From a virus, in IMG/VR virus record IMGVR_UViG_3300037755_000476: 64,000 nt of DNA; one strand, written 5' to 3'. This document shows, one piece after another, positions 52,180 through 62,460 of this stretch (within the stretch, counting starts at the first letter, position 1; each line of letters begins with the position of its first letter). The position numbers were made by a program, and so were the translations under genes. The notes below the pieces were generated by a model, which ran no database searches, was not told the origin of the DNA, and saw only the letters and a list, made by a program, of their open reading frames with translations.

Positions 52180-54081
52180 TTAATGTACGTCCGCATACGT
52201 CTGACCAAACTGAACGTCCACCCCTATAACAACGTTCAATTTCAGCAAATCATTTACCTTGACCATAGATTCCTCTATTATCCTCTTAGTTTCCCCCTCC
52301 CTTCCTTCTTCTATCAACGCTACCATTTCATCGTGGTACTGTAGGAAAGGAATTACTCCCTCCGACATCATGTACTTTAGCCATACATCGAACACGAATG
52401 CCCCTGTTCCTTGGTTAAGGGTACTGAAAATATCCCTCTCCGAACGTACCGAATACCACAGCCTGCTCACTGGATTGAGTAACCACATCTGGTCGTTTAT
52501 GGTCTTGACCTCAATGTCGTTTGGAAGTTGTTTTATGGACCAGTTCCTGTCCCAGTAGGATTGTATTAAGGCCTTAGCTTCTCTGGTTTTCATTCCTACC
52601 GTCTTGCCCAACTTCTCCGCCCCTACTTTGTAAATACAACTGTAATTGGCCACTTTATAAATATCCCTGATAGGTTTCAGCCTAGACTTTACCTCCTTGT
52701 CTCCGGCCTTGTACAGCTCCAACTCCTCTTCCGTGATAGCTCCGGCCCTAAGTGCCAAATCCAAATGGGGGTCGAAGCCCTCTTCCATCTGCTCTATTAC
52801 ATACTCCGGGTCATAGTCGTACATGTAGTGCCTCTTGCATTGGTCTTCTAAAGAAGATATATCCGACCCACAAACTACGTACCCCTCCGGAGCCACGATA
52901 CATTCCCTTATTATCTGGCCGTCCCTTAAGTTCTCGGAAACTGCCTCCGCTTTGGTCATCCCCCCCTCGTCCATGTCCTTGTGGATATCTCCAGTAACCC
53001 CCGGTAAATTCACGATAGGTTTTGAGTGCCTTAGCCTCAAGGTGTTCGTAAACCCTACCGCCCCTGCGATACAATATCCGTCGTCGTCAACAGAATCCAA
53101 GAAACCGTTAAGCACTCCAAGCCTATGGTTAATTACCGTAAGCCCATCAAGTTCGTTTATGGAGGGGTCCTTACTGGCCAAATCCGTTACGCTCGAACAC
53201 AGTTCCTTGTCCTTGTTCCTTATCTGTGGCACGGGGCCGTTGGCGCCATCGTTGAATATCTCCGGCTCCCATCCCAATGAAAACAGCCAATCCTTTACTT
53301 GGGACGTAGAGCTCGGGTTCGGCTCTTGGTAAACTACCTCGGTGTTCAGGGGCAAACCGTTCTCCCTTAGATACTCGAACCATTTCTCGCCCAATGCCGA
53401 CACGCTGTTATCCTTTTTATACATCTTCTTCGGCTTGCACTTGTCTATGACGGTCTTGGGCATGGCTTCCTTAAGGGCATCCTCTTTTTCTTTTAACAGT
53501 GGCGTAAGGATGTTTATGTTAGCCTTGACCGTATCCACATCGACAAGAGTCATAATCCTCTGCTGTTCTACCAGACAGTCCATTTTGAACATCAGGTACT
53601 TTATAAGAGAGTTGGCCCTTTCGGAACTACCGTACAGCTCTATTAGCCTATAAATAATATCTTCCCATAGGGCTATGTTTATCCTAACGTCACTTTCGCA
53701 GCGAAAGGCGTACTCGGCATAGCTGAGGTTCTCCCAATCATCTACCTTGGGTTTCTCTATCCCATAATCCTTTCCAAAGGCCTCTAGGCCAAATGTCCCG
53801 CTCCGTCTTTCGGGGAAAATATACCAAGCCAGGGCCAGCGTGTCTACAATCCTTGCTTGTATTTTGAATCCTAGCACCCTCTCCAACTCTACGGCGTCGA
53901 ACATTTTGAAGAAGTGCCCAACTACCGTATTATCGGGGTTGGACATAATATCCCTCATGACGTCGTAGTCAGGGGTGGACTTGACCTGCCACCCTCCGTC
54001 CTTGTCCTTGTATCCAACGGACATGACCCAAATTTTAGTAGATTTAAGACCATTAGTTTCGACATCAATCACGTATAACAT
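52180..54081 (-). CDS. DNA polymerase family A (T7-like) with 3'-5' exonuclease
   Basis: DVETNG; GSDISSLE (motif A); KVANYSCIY (motif B, Tyr at the 762-equivalent); YHDE (motif C). Confidence 0.93.
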   Translation of the reverse strand: MLYVIDVETNGLKSTKIWVMSVGYKDKDGGWQVKSTPDYDVMRDIMSNPDNTVVGHFFKMFDAVELERVLGFKIQARIVDTLALAWYIFPERRSGTFGLEAFGKDYGIEKPKVDDWENLSYAEYAFRCESDVRINIALWEDIIYRLIELYGSSERANSLIKYLMFKMDCLVEQQRIMTLVDVDTVKANINILTPLLKEKEDALKEAMPKTVIDKCKPKKMYKKDNSVSALGEKWFEYLRENGLPLNTEVVYQEPNPSSTSQVKDWLFSLGWEPEIFNDGANGPVPQIRNKDKELCSSVTDLASKDPSINELDGLTVINHRLGVLNGFLDSVDDDGYCIAGAVGFTNTLRLRHSKPIVNLPGVTGDIHKDMDEGGMTKAEAVSENLRDGQIIRECIVAPEGYVVCGSDISSLEDQCKRHYMYDYDPEYVIEQMEEGFDPHLDLALRAGAITEEELELYKAGDKEVKSRLKPIRDIYKVANYSCIYKVGAEKLGKTVGMKTREAKALIQSYWDRNWSIKQLPNDIEVKTINDQMWLLNPVSRLWYSVRSERDIFSTLNQGTGAFVFDVWLKYMMSEGVIPFLQYHDEMVALIEEGREGETKRIIEESMVKVNDLLKLNVVIGVDVQFGQTYADVH

Positions 54082-54164
54082 ACTATTTGTTTTTTAAATA
54101 TCTCCAAATTTATTGCTTATTTGATAAAGCCCTTCGAACCCCTTTACATCCCCCCAAACCTCCG

Positions 54165-54773
54165 TCATAATAGTGTTGATTTAGGTGCCCCGTCATCTTT
54201 TAAAGTCTTCTTAAAACCTATATTCGCCGCTGTGTGGAACACTATGATACCCTCTGGGTCCATAAATCCTTTGGACGCCAAGCTGCCCCTCTCGCCTAAA
54301 ATACTTAAAAACGTATCAATATCCCTTGTATTAAAAGGTCCCCTATATAACTCGGGGACTAGGCCTACACACTCCGGCAATAAATCTTTATATTTCTCTA
54401 TACTCGGGTCCGCTGTAGGTATCCTTTGCGGCTCTGTTCCGTAAAGTGCCCACCTACTGGTATTGAAAAGAGACAATCTTTTATCCCCTTTAGTAAGCCC
54501 GTATCCCCTTTGGATACCACTTCCCCACCATTCCCCGAAATGCCGTCCCGGACCCAACTTAAGAATGTCATCCCTATTGCCCTCCACCCATCTTGCAAAT
54601 CCATAATTGTCGTTATTAGGAGTAATCCATCTGTTACGGCTTCCTACAAATAAGTCTCCATCTTCTGTTATAAATATCTGGGCATTTGTGCCGTCTATCT
54701 TTTCTGTGATTACGACGTCCCTAGATAGCCTTGCCATCTTAGGAAATCCTTGAAATTCTACGTTTGTCTCCAT
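54165..54773 (-). CDS. ATP-dependent RNA ligase (Rnl2-like)
   Basis: TEKIDGTNA, GSRNR, FGEWWG, EGIIV. Confidence 0.85.
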   Translation of the reverse strand: METNVEFQGFPKMARLSRDVVITEKIDGTNAQIFITEDGDLFVGSRNRWITPNNDNYGFARWVEGNRDDILKLGPGRHFGEWWGSGIQRGYGLTKGDKRLSLFNTSRWALYGTEPQRIPTADPSIEKYKDLLPECVGLVPELYRGPFNTRDIDTFLSILGERGSLASKGFMDPEGIIVFHTAANIGFKKTLKDDGAPKSTLL

Positions 54774-55784
54774 TTAAAGTATATCTTTTAAGCATTTGAT
54801 TCTTTTAAACCCTACCGAATACCTCTGGTTGTGAGGAGCATCCATCAGGAACGTACATATGCCCGCTTGGTTCAACGACTTAAAATTGTGCCATCCGTCA
54901 TCGACGAATATATCCAGTCCCTGCTCTTTGGCTATAACCACTTTGGTCCTTTCGCTAGTGGTAGTGAATACCGGTCTGGCGGGAAATCCGTGCTTTGCCA
55001 ACCAAGCCTCGGTTACCGAGGAATCGACCGGACGTGATGTAATATAACAATGGGGTTCGAAGGGTATATCACTAGGGTTGATAAGTGGCTTCAAGTTCAT
55101 GTAAAATTTGTCCAGCTCCCCGGAGGCTTTCATCTCCTCGAACTTCTGCAACAACTCCCTGTCAAAATACCAACTGGAAGGGGTTTCCAGCCCCCTCATG
55201 TCCGTCCAATCCCCTACCCAATCTGCAAGGACCTCGTCTATATCCAGCCCTATCTTCTTCTCGTTCAGGTAAGCATGCGGCCTGTTGTCACCTTCCGGAA
55301 ATATCTTATAGAACTCCAATAGGCTGAAAAGTCCCCAAGCGGCATTGGCCAAATGGTACGTACCTAGTTCACTATCAAAATCCTCTCCGGATTTCCATGC
55401 CTCTATGTGCCTCATGGCGGAATCCATGCACCCCATCCAATCCTGACCTAGCCTCCAATTATTACTGGCATCCTCGATAAGTTCGTACTTACCTACGTCA
55501 GAAAAAGGGAAGTCCTTCCCTTGTATAAGTTTTCCGCTTGGGTCTTTGTACACGGAATACTTATGGGCACCCCTTGTGTAAACGTCGGCCAGAGCCTCTT
55601 TTGCGAAAGGAGGGAGGAGAACGTGTCTGGACTTACCTTTGTTGTACCTTTTGGCGCCTCCTTTTTTGTTGCTGTTGTCCAAGTCTTTCGGAGCCTTTAG
55701 CTGCTTTTTTGATTTCAGTTGGTCCAGTTGAGGGTAGTCTTTATTTAACCTATCCTCGAAATCTTTTAGATTTAGTATACTCAT
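54774..55784 (-). CDS. Fusion: DUF5664-type dATP/dGTP diphosphohydrolase plus HAD 5'(3')-nucleotidase
   Basis: RYNKGK, GAHKY, NW..G, AMRH..AW..GED.D..HLA.AAW; then GLDIDEVLAD and FVDD. Confidence 0.8.
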   Translation of the reverse strand: MSILNLKDFEDRLNKDYPQLDQLKSKKQLKAPKDLDNSNKKGGAKRYNKGKSRHVLLPPFAKEALADVYTRGAHKYSVYKDPSGKLIQGKDFPFSDVGKYELIEDASNNWRLGQDWMGCMDSAMRHIEAWKSGEDFDSELGTYHLANAAWGLFSLLEFYKIFPEGDNRPHAYLNEKKIGLDIDEVLADWVGDWTDMRGLETPSSWYFDRELLQKFEEMKASGELDKFYMNLKPLINPSDIPFEPHCYITSRPVDSSVTEAWLAKHGFPARPVFTTTSERTKVVIAKEQGLDIFVDDGWHNFKSLNQAGICTFLMDAPHNQRYSVGFKRIKCLKDIL

Positions 55785-55808
55785 ACTTACTTAATTTTAA
55801 TTAAACTT

Positions 55809-57671
55809 TTATCCAAATGCATCCGTCGGGTCAACCCTCGGCAAAGGCTTTGACTCTACCTTCCTTACCTTCTTCCTTTGTGAGTTCATTATAGGATTGA
55901 ATCCAGAAGAGTCGAAGTATCCGGTAAACCCATCAACGGTCTTATATGAAAATGCCGTGGACTCATTGGCAGGGGTTATACTGCCACCCGTGCTATAATC
56001 CTTAATTTTCGCCGACCTTATGTCCATTATTCTCTTAAGTTGGGGTACCCTGTGGTTCGTTATCCTGTGGTAGACCAAAAATCCGTCACATCTATTGGCG
56101 AACATGTTCCCTCCTATGGCATCGTAATGTGAAGGGGGTTTTAAGTAGCCCTCTGCGTCCCTTGGCGCCCTTGTAGCCTCCGTTATGGGATGCACCGACA
56201 TAAATATCGCCATTTCGTTCTTTGCATAGATGTTAAGCCTTGACAGAAGGTCGTCGTTGTAGTTGTACACGTTACTGGCAGGCTTTTTGAAATAAGAAAA
56301 CGGGTCGATGAAGACTCCGTCAAGACTATACTTTGATTTCAACCTTTCCGCCCTGTCCAATACATCCTCCACAGTATAGAACGTTTCGTTCTTGAATATG
56401 TAGAAGTGGGCGTACATGAAGTCCTTAAAGAGTTGCAGCTCTTTCCTGTTGTTCTTGTAATCGCTAACGGACTTGCCGGACAACGCTTCTAGGAGGTATC
56501 TTTTTACAGTCGAGACATCGTTCTCACCACAACATATTGCAAACTTCTTTCCGTACAATGTGGCCAAAGATGCCAGCTTGTGGAGAATCATGAAAGTCTT
56601 TCCGACCCCCTCGAAGGCAAGGGCGAAGTTGAGGCTGTTGTCTTTGTAGACGTAGTAAGGGTCAAGCTGAGGCCATCCGAAGGACAGGCCCAATGGTACA
56701 GTACCGTCGATAAACTGCTCCAATTTTTCCTCGTCCTCCCCGGCCCACGAGATATATGAAAAATCGTCAAGATTTTCGTCGTTAAGCCCTTTATCTGAAT
56801 ACCCCTCTCTTTCAGCCCCGTGCCCGCCCTTTCTTAACTCCCTGTACCCCTTCTTATAATCCCCTTCGTGCTCCAAAATGCAATATATTGCGGAATTGCT
56901 ATAGGGCTTTTCCGTCTCAAAGTCCGTTGAGGTAGAGAATACGTAGAGGAAACATCCGTCCAGATTGTAGGTTGCCGAGACTCCCTCCCTTCTTTTGCCG
57001 GGCCTTTTTAAGTATACCCACTGAGAGTCTTCTTTTAATACCTCCCACCCGTGCTCCTCTAAAATGTCCAGACCAGTGTCGGGGTCAGAATTGTACGATG
57101 GAAACGGGTCGTTGTACTCCCCATCGGCATAAAAGGTCTTCTTGGACTTTATCCTTTCGTCGTAAAGTTTGGAGGTTGTAATAAGAACGTTTCGTTCATA
57201 CTGCTCAATAAAATTTACAGCCTCTAAACTTCCGTAGATAACTTCGTACCCCTCAGAAGGGTATGTTTTTATATACCCTCCGTCTGCCCGGGTCTCTATT
57301 ATAACTTCTTTAGTCTCCTTACAAGCAAGTTTTTGGTTACCCTCTAAAACATCGGTTCTGTATAGAACATGGTAGCCCCCGCTCCTAGTCCTCAGTACTA
57401 CTAACTTTCTGAGAATATTCTTAGGCACTTTAGACTTCCACTCCTCCCAGACTTCGTCCGGATTGTCTAACACGTCTAAATCAAAATCAATAGCCTCTAA
57501 TCCTCCGGACACAAGCCCGGTACAAATGCCTATCTCCTCGAAATTATATTGACTAAGGTCTTCTTTAATAGGGTTTGTCCATCCGATTATGTTAGGAACC
57601 TTTTCCCCTTTATTCAAGGGCACTGGGTTTAATCCGGCACTTAGGTACTTATTTGCTATGTCTCTGTACAT
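55809..57671 (-). CDS. Prim-pol (bifunctional primase-polymerase) fused to an SF4-like helicase
   Basis: GICTG..AIDFD, TRSGGYH, ETR..GGY; AFEGVGKT, FIDPF. Confidence 0.82.
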   Translation of the reverse strand: MYRDIANKYLSAGLNPVPLNKGEKVPNIIGWTNPIKEDLSQYNFEEIGICTGLVSGGLEAIDFDLDVLDNPDEVWEEWKSKVPKNILRKLVVLRTRSGGYHVLYRTDVLEGNQKLACKETKEVIIETRADGGYIKTYPSEGYEVIYGSLEAVNFIEQYERNVLITTSKLYDERIKSKKTFYADGEYNDPFPSYNSDPDTGLDILEEHGWEVLKEDSQWVYLKRPGKRREGVSATYNLDGCFLYVFSTSTDFETEKPYSNSAIYCILEHEGDYKKGYRELRKGGHGAEREGYSDKGLNDENLDDFSYISWAGEDEEKLEQFIDGTVPLGLSFGWPQLDPYYVYKDNSLNFALAFEGVGKTFMILHKLASLATLYGKKFAICCGENDVSTVKRYLLEALSGKSVSDYKNNRKELQLFKDFMYAHFYIFKNETFYTVEDVLDRAERLKSKYSLDGVFIDPFSYFKKPASNVYNYNDDLLSRLNIYAKNEMAIFMSVHPITEATRAPRDAEGYLKPPSHYDAIGGNMFANRCDGFLVYHRITNHRVPQLKRIMDIRSAKIKDYSTGGSITPANESTAFSYKTVDGFTGYFDSSGFNPIMNSQRKKVRKVESKPLPRVDPTDAFG

Positions 57672-58185
57672 AATTCTTTTAGTGCTTTTTGATAAGCTTT
57701 GCTCGCCTCTTCTTCGTCATCAAAGTGCCCTAGATGTCTGTGTTTACCTTTTATTTGAATTGCTGATACCCACATTTTTCTAGCCTTGTCCCAGCTCACG
57801 CCTATAAATTTACTAGAGTAAGATTTAATTCTTTTGGAACAATTTTCTCTGTTAGTTACTATTCTCAAGTTAGTGGCCCTATTGTCCGTTTTAATATTAT
57901 TAATATGGTCTACTACTAAAACATTACCGTTAGGTATATGTTCCTTAAAGGCGATAGCAACTAATACATGAATTGTAAACAGAACTCTTTTACTTTTTTT
58001 GTGCAAGTTTACGGATGTGTATCCTTTTTTAGTAAGGGTAGGTTTTAAGACCCTGCCCCTAAACAGCCTACTCCTTTTTTAGACGCGTCCGCAGTAATTC
58101 TATCTAATGACCTAACCCTGCCTAGGTTGCTGACTTCGTATACACCTTCGTACCCATTAACTGCTTTCCAAACTTCTTCTGTATT
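57656..58185 (-). pseudogene. Frameshifted NUMOD4-HNH-AP2 homing endonuclease
   Basis: EVWKAVNGYEGVYEVSNLGRVRSLDR in one frame; RLFRGRVLKP..HNH..AP2 continues in the -1 frame at the A6 run (58075-58080); no start codon. Confidence 0.8.
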
Positions 58186-58888
58186 CCTCTCTCAGTAACT
58201 CTGAATGTAAGTAATTATGGTGCATGGGCAATCCGCTTTTCCAAACCTCGGGAGACACCCTCTCTCCGTTATCTAAGGTAACGTGAAAATATTCATACCC
58301 TTTTGGAGCACCCTCGGCGGCCTCTAACTTGTTCTCCGGTCTGCACCATACACGTTCTAGGGTTTTTTTCCAACTCCTAACCTTGACATTTTTTTTATTG
58401 TGCCAATCTAAATCAGAATAGTAATCCACAAAAGTTTTACCATTTACTACGTACCCTAGACTTAGGGCGTAATTTGTAACTTCTTCTGGGGTCGGTGGCA
58501 CGAATGCCATTGTAGGCTTGAAGTCACTGGAATCGTAGATATCAAGAAGTTCTTTTCTATAGCGAGAGCTCTTGCCCTCATCTACAGCTTTTCGTATGTT
58601 CAGTTTTGATTTTGGTAAAGAAAGGAAGTGCTCTTTTATTATGAAGATGTGGAGCCTGTCCTTGGTAATCCATCTTATGAACCCCTCGTCGTCGAGTATT
58701 TTTCCGTATTCTACCAACTGGTCAAAATCCTTTAGTCCCAAGTCGAGTATAATCCTGTCACTGCTCAACTCCAATACTCCCAACGTACTTATGCTGGAAT
58801 GCGTGACTAAATATAAATACAGTAGTTTAGAATAAGGGGGAAGCGAAGAAAACCTCGCATTCCCCCATAATTTACCTACTTTGACCAT
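58157..58888 (-). CDS. Replisome organiser/replication initiator-like protein
   Basis: KLLYLYL wHTH-like N-terminus; PPTPEEV..Y and F.DYY...W motifs. Confidence 0.6.
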   Translation of the reverse strand: MVKVGKLWGNARFSSLPPYSKLLYLYLVTHSSISTLGVLELSSDRIILDLGLKDFDQLVEYGKILDDEGFIRWITKDRLHIFIIKEHFLSLPKSKLNIRKAVDEGKSSRYRKELLDIYDSSDFKPTMAFVPPTPEEVTNYALSLGYVVNGKTFVDYYSDLDWHNKKNVKVRSWKKTLERVWCRPENKLEAAEGAPKGYEYFHVTLDNGERVSPEVWKSGLPMHHNYLHSELLREEYRRSLESS

Positions 58889-58890
58889 TG

Positions 58891-59634
58891 TCAGAATGGG
58901 AGGTCATTATCCTTCTCCGCTCCGTCCTTAGCCCCAGCTCTAGGCCTTCTAATAGACTTCTGCTCTTTTACAGCAGGCTTTTTCTCCTTCTCCTCTTTCT
59001 CCGGTTCGGCCTCCTTGTCCTTGCTCAGGTCCGGCTTAAAATTCTCCTCCATAAACGAGGTCAATTGCTCATACAGGTAGGCCTCTTGCTCGTCGTAGTT
59101 CCACTCCACCTTACGTCCTTTCTTGGTCTGTACCGGTTCCGGCATGTCTTCGTAGGTAAGGAAGTACTCGACCTTCTCGTCGTTCTGGTACATCTTGACA
59201 CCATTTCTCTTCTTACCGTCGTCCGTCTCCATAGACCACAGGCCAAAGTTGATTTCCTCTCCAAGATTAAGGTTTCCGACCCTTCGGATGAAATCTTTCG
59301 ACGTTCTGCTGAAAACATCTCCTAAGGAGACTATAAACTTCTCGTCTACATCCGTGAACTCTAGTTCCACAAAATCTCCCCAATCAGTTTCGCTGATAGT
59401 GATTCCGGTCAATAGGCCCTCTACGTCGTACACTACAAAGTAGTATACCGTTTGTCCTTCATTCCTTCCCTTGACCTTCTTCCTCTCTTGGATTTTTTCG
59501 GGGTCGTAGCCAAAATACTCCAGCCTCTTTTCGAGGTCCTCACGAATAGTGTGCTCTAGCACTAACTGATTTGAATAGACTCCTAGATAAGTCTTGTTGG
59601 AAGAGCCTCCCCCTCCTCTGGTGTTCATGCCCAT
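58891..59634 (-). CDS. Single-stranded DNA-binding protein (probable)
   Basis: Acidic tail ending DLPF; located in the replication module. Confidence 0.6.
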   Translation of the reverse strand: MGMNTRGGGGSSNKTYLGVYSNQLVLEHTIREDLEKRLEYFGYDPEKIQERKKVKGRNEGQTVYYFVVYDVEGLLTGITISETDWGDFVELEFTDVDEKFIVSLGDVFSRTSKDFIRRVGNLNLGEEINFGLWSMETDDGKKRNGVKMYQNDEKVEYFLTYEDMPEPVQTKKGRKVEWNYDEQEAYLYEQLTSFMEENFKPDLSKDKEAEPEKEEKEKKPAVKEQKSIRRPRAGAKDGAEKDNDLPF

Positions 59635-59663
59635 AGTAATTGAATTTAATTAAATGTTAATTT

Positions 59664-60236
59664 TTAGTAATCTTTAAAGGTTTTAATCCTATTGCTGTAA
59701 AAAACATGGTCTACCTTCACATCATCTTTTTCGCTTTTTAGTACCCTTCTCCTTTTCTCAAAGAGGGCCTTACTCCTTTTGTACTTCCGGTCCAAGGAAA
59801 TCTTCCTCTTTTTCTTCGTCTCCGGGCTAAGCGTCTTGCTCCTGTTTACCTTGGCCATCTCCCCCCTTCTTTCATTGTAGATTTCGGTGGCCATAGTTAC
59901 CCAATACTCGATTTCCTTATCGATATTGATGACCCTTCTCGCCAATTGGACGAGTTTGTCATGGTCATTGTGTATCATTACGAGAGTCAGGGCCTTTACA
60001 AATCCCAATTCTAATACCTTCTCGGTAATAAGGGGGTCCACTTCTTCATAGTAGTCGTCGAACCTGGCGTCCTTCCAAGAATATTCCCCCTTGATTGATT
60101 TGCTTACCCTGAACCCTTTGTGTATGTATACCGACTCCGTTCCGAAGTCGTAAGGGTGGCCTGCCAACTCCGACTCGGCCATCTCGTAAATTTTCTTGTA
60201 TGTCTCCTGCATTAGGTGTCTGTGTGATTTGGACAA
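59664..60236 (-). CDS. Hypothetical protein
   Basis: 190-aa ORF just downstream of a TATATTTG box. Confidence 0.6.
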   Translation of the reverse strand: MSKSHRHLMQETYKKIYEMAESELAGHPYDFGTESVYIHKGFRVSKSIKGEYSWKDARFDDYYEEVDPLITEKVLELGFVKALTLVMIHNDHDKLVQLARRVINIDKEIEYWVTMATEIYNERRGEMAKVNRSKTLSPETKKKRKISLDRKYKRSKALFEKRRRVLKSEKDDVKVDHVFYSNRIKTFKDY

Positions 60237-60269
60237 ATATAGGGAATAAGATTCAGAACACCAAATAAT

Positions 60270-60521
60270 TTAGGAAGTTTTTACGCTAAGACATTTAACT
60301 TTAGACGAAACTTTATAGTCCCTAGAAATATGCCCATAATACGTCAATACACCTATTAACCAGTACATATTGAAGTCCTTTGAGTACATCGTGCTTCCGT
60401 GATTATCAGCTACAACAATTACATCATCTTCAAAAACAACATTGCAGTGATTGTTTGTATAGCTGTTTGTTTCGTTCCGTTCAAATCCGTTCTTTAAAAG
60501 AAATTCTATAGCTTTTTCCAT
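60270..60521 (-). CDS. Hypothetical protein
   Basis: 83-aa ORF. Confidence 0.55.
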   Translation of the reverse strand: MEKAIEFLLKNGFERNETNSYTNNHCNVVFEDDVIVVADNHGSTMYSKDFNMYWLIGVLTYYGHISRDYKVSSKVKCLSVKTS

Positions 60522-60541
60522 AATTAATATATCTTATTTAA

Positions 60542-61330
60542 TCACATCCTACCCCTCTCTCCTGAGTATAGCTCAGATACTAGGTCACTCTGCCAGTACT
60601 CCTTAGTGTCTACATCTAGTACGGTAAGCTTGCCATCCCATCCGCAACCCGTGTCGAGGTTCCAAACGTTCTGGCGGTTTACCGGTATAGTTATACCTTC
60701 CGACTTATCCGTTTGTAGTTCATACTCTCTTAAGTGCCTTTTAAGCTTCATTGCCGTGGTAGTGGTATGTCCTATAAAAAGTTCGTTATGGGCCTCTACT
60801 TTCGCTCCCGAAAGTACTTGTGCCCACATTCTCCTGTCCCATACCCTTAGGTAAGGCAGGGTCCCGGCCACACCTTTCTCCCTGTCACATCCGGCATGTA
60901 CGAATGCGCGGTTTTTGTTATCCACGTAGTACGGATGAAGGTATTTGAAAAAGCTCCTGTGGCTGTCGAGGGATTCGGAGCTCTTTCCGTTTTCTTCCCA
61001 AAAAGATGTGTATGACCTTAGAGTAGTTTTTCCGCCGTTCTCCAACCACCCTTGCGGAATAGTACCGTATATCAGAAACTCCCTTAGCCACTGGTCGTGG
61101 TTGCCCTCTAAACATATTACCGAATCTGGGTGCCTCATCTCAAACTTGGCCTTTTCCTTTAACCCTATTATAAAATCCACTACCTCGGCCGACTGGCTCC
61201 AACCGTCCACATAGTCGCCCAAGAAGATTAGGTTATCTTTTTTGAGGTCATACTCGCTCCTTTGAAGTACTTGGACCAGTGCCTTTAGCGCGCCATGGAT
61301 ATCGGCGATTACTAGAGTTCTTGTCGCCAT
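60542..61330 (-). CDS. Metallophosphoesterase (PPP/ApaH-like)
   Basis: DIHG, GDYVDG, GNHD, GHT, DTG; start set at MATRT. Confidence 0.9.
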   Translation of the reverse strand: MATRTLVIADIHGALKALVQVLQRSEYDLKKDNLIFLGDYVDGWSQSAEVVDFIIGLKEKAKFEMRHPDSVICLEGNHDQWLREFLIYGTIPQGWLENGGKTTLRSYTSFWEENGKSSESLDSHRSFFKYLHPYYVDNKNRAFVHAGCDREKGVAGTLPYLRVWDRRMWAQVLSGAKVEAHNELFIGHTTTTAMKLKRHLREYELQTDKSEGITIPVNRQNVWNLDTGCGWDGKLTVLDVDTKEYWQSDLVSELYSGERGRM

Positions 61331-61332
61331 AG

Positions 61333-61425
61333 TTATGTTGTTGTAAAGACTATTATTACGATAGAAATTATTACTATTAAAATAATACATCCTAAAAACA
61401 CTTCGTGCCTTGTTTCTTCTTCCAT
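61333..61425 (-). CDS. Small single-pass membrane peptide (30 aa)
   Basis: MEEETRHEVFLGCIILIVIISIVIIVFTTT. Confidence 0.45.
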   Translation of the reverse strand: MEEETRHEVFLGCIILIVIISIVIIVFTTT

Positions 61426-61443
61426 AGTTATATTTAGTTTTAA

Positions 61444-61902
61444 TTATAATCCAAACTCTACTCCCATCCCCGTAACCATAGACCACCCTGTCTCGGCGTC
61501 CCTGAAATGCCCCCTTATAACTGGGGTCCACCCCAATACCACTTTTGCCCTGTCCCCCACGCTGACCATTATATCCAGACCGAAGGAGGGGTACAACCCT
61601 CCCGAAATCTGTTTTGCCACCCCGGCATTGGGCCTTAGCGTCAGCCCCTCGGCAATATTTACCTTGTGGTAAACATTAGCGGAGGACTGTTGAAAATTCC
61701 TGCCCCTTAATGCTGCGTAGGTATAATCCACGCCCACTCCCGTATTCCCAAGGATATCTTGGTTCAAACCTATTGTACTGGCTATGCCAAGCCCTAATTT
61801 ATTACTCTGCTCCAATACCCCGGGGCTTAGGTTCAGGGTAGTTTCTTGTGCACTGATAGTGGTGCATAAGGTCATTGCGATAATACTGAATAATTTTTTC
61901 AT
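61444..61902 (-). CDS. Outer-membrane beta-barrel protein
   Basis: Signal peptide, alternating amphipathic strands, C-terminal GVEFGL. Confidence 0.7.
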   Translation of the reverse strand: MKKLFSIIAMTLCTTISAQETTLNLSPGVLEQSNKLGLGIASTIGLNQDILGNTGVGVDYTYAALRGRNFQQSSANVYHKVNIAEGLTLRPNAGVAKQISGGLYPSFGLDIMVSVGDRAKVVLGWTPVIRGHFRDAETGWSMVTGMGVEFGL

Positions 61903-61916
61903 GTTTGTGATTTTAG

Positions 61917-62084
61917 TTAATAATAATCTTGACACTCGGAGATATTATACTCCTTGTCAATCCCGGGATTGGCGCAGCATCCTTGTAAAAAGTGATTATG
62001 TTGGTATTTAAAATTTGGTATTTTAATAGCGTACCTCCCGACTAAAAATACAATCCTAGTTACTCCTTTTAGACTTAATTTCAT
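61917..62084 (-). CDS. Short ORF resembling a truncated kinase-like N-lobe
   Basis: GVTRIVFL..YAIKIP, ends after 55 aa. Confidence 0.35.
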   Translation of the reverse strand: MKLSLKGVTRIVFLVGRYAIKIPNFKYQHNHFLQGCCANPGIDKEYNISECQDYY

Positions 62085-62102
62085 GTCTTTTTTAATTAGG
62101 TT

Positions 62103-62264
62103 TTAAACGTTCAATAGCTTATCGCATACCACCCTTATCATATCCTCGGTGACTTCAAAAGGGTCCTCCCAAGGCTCTGGGTTAAGGATACTAAGGGCCT
62201 CTCCGAACCATTTTGCAGGTTTGTAGCCCAGCTTTATTAAGTCGTTTCCTGTTACTTTCTTCAT
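62103..62264 (-). CDS. Small protein with a VTGNDLIKLGYKP motif
   Basis: Motif resembles the CCA-enzyme C-terminal / Bacteroidota RtcB N-terminal helical module. Confidence 0.45.
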   Translation of the reverse strand: MKKVTGNDLIKLGYKPAKWFGEALSILNPEPWEDPFEVTEDMIRVVCDKLLNV

Positions 62265-62268
62265 GTCC

Positions 62269-62460
62269 TTATTTATTTTTTGACCATCTATGTATTACTA
62301 AATGGCTAAATGAGTAAAGAAGTGTCTCAACTACGTACCATCCCCAAGAGTCTCCATAATACATGTGCTCCATTCCTTTATGCAGTCCAAAAGAGTGGAC
62401 TAAAAATGTCTGCAATACCCCTGTAAGAATGGCTATGATAAATATCATAAATCTATTCAT
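62269..62460 (-). CDS. Hypothetical membrane protein
   Basis: Two hydrophobic segments. Confidence 0.55.
   Translation of the reverse strand: MNRFMIFIIAILTGVLQTFLVHSFGLHKGMEHMYYGDSWGWYVVETLLYSFSHLVIHRWSKNK

Noticed and set aside
54774-55784. Z-genome or 7-deazaguanine modification system
   Set aside because: No purZ, queC/D/E or dpdA in the window; the hydrolase alone is insufficient
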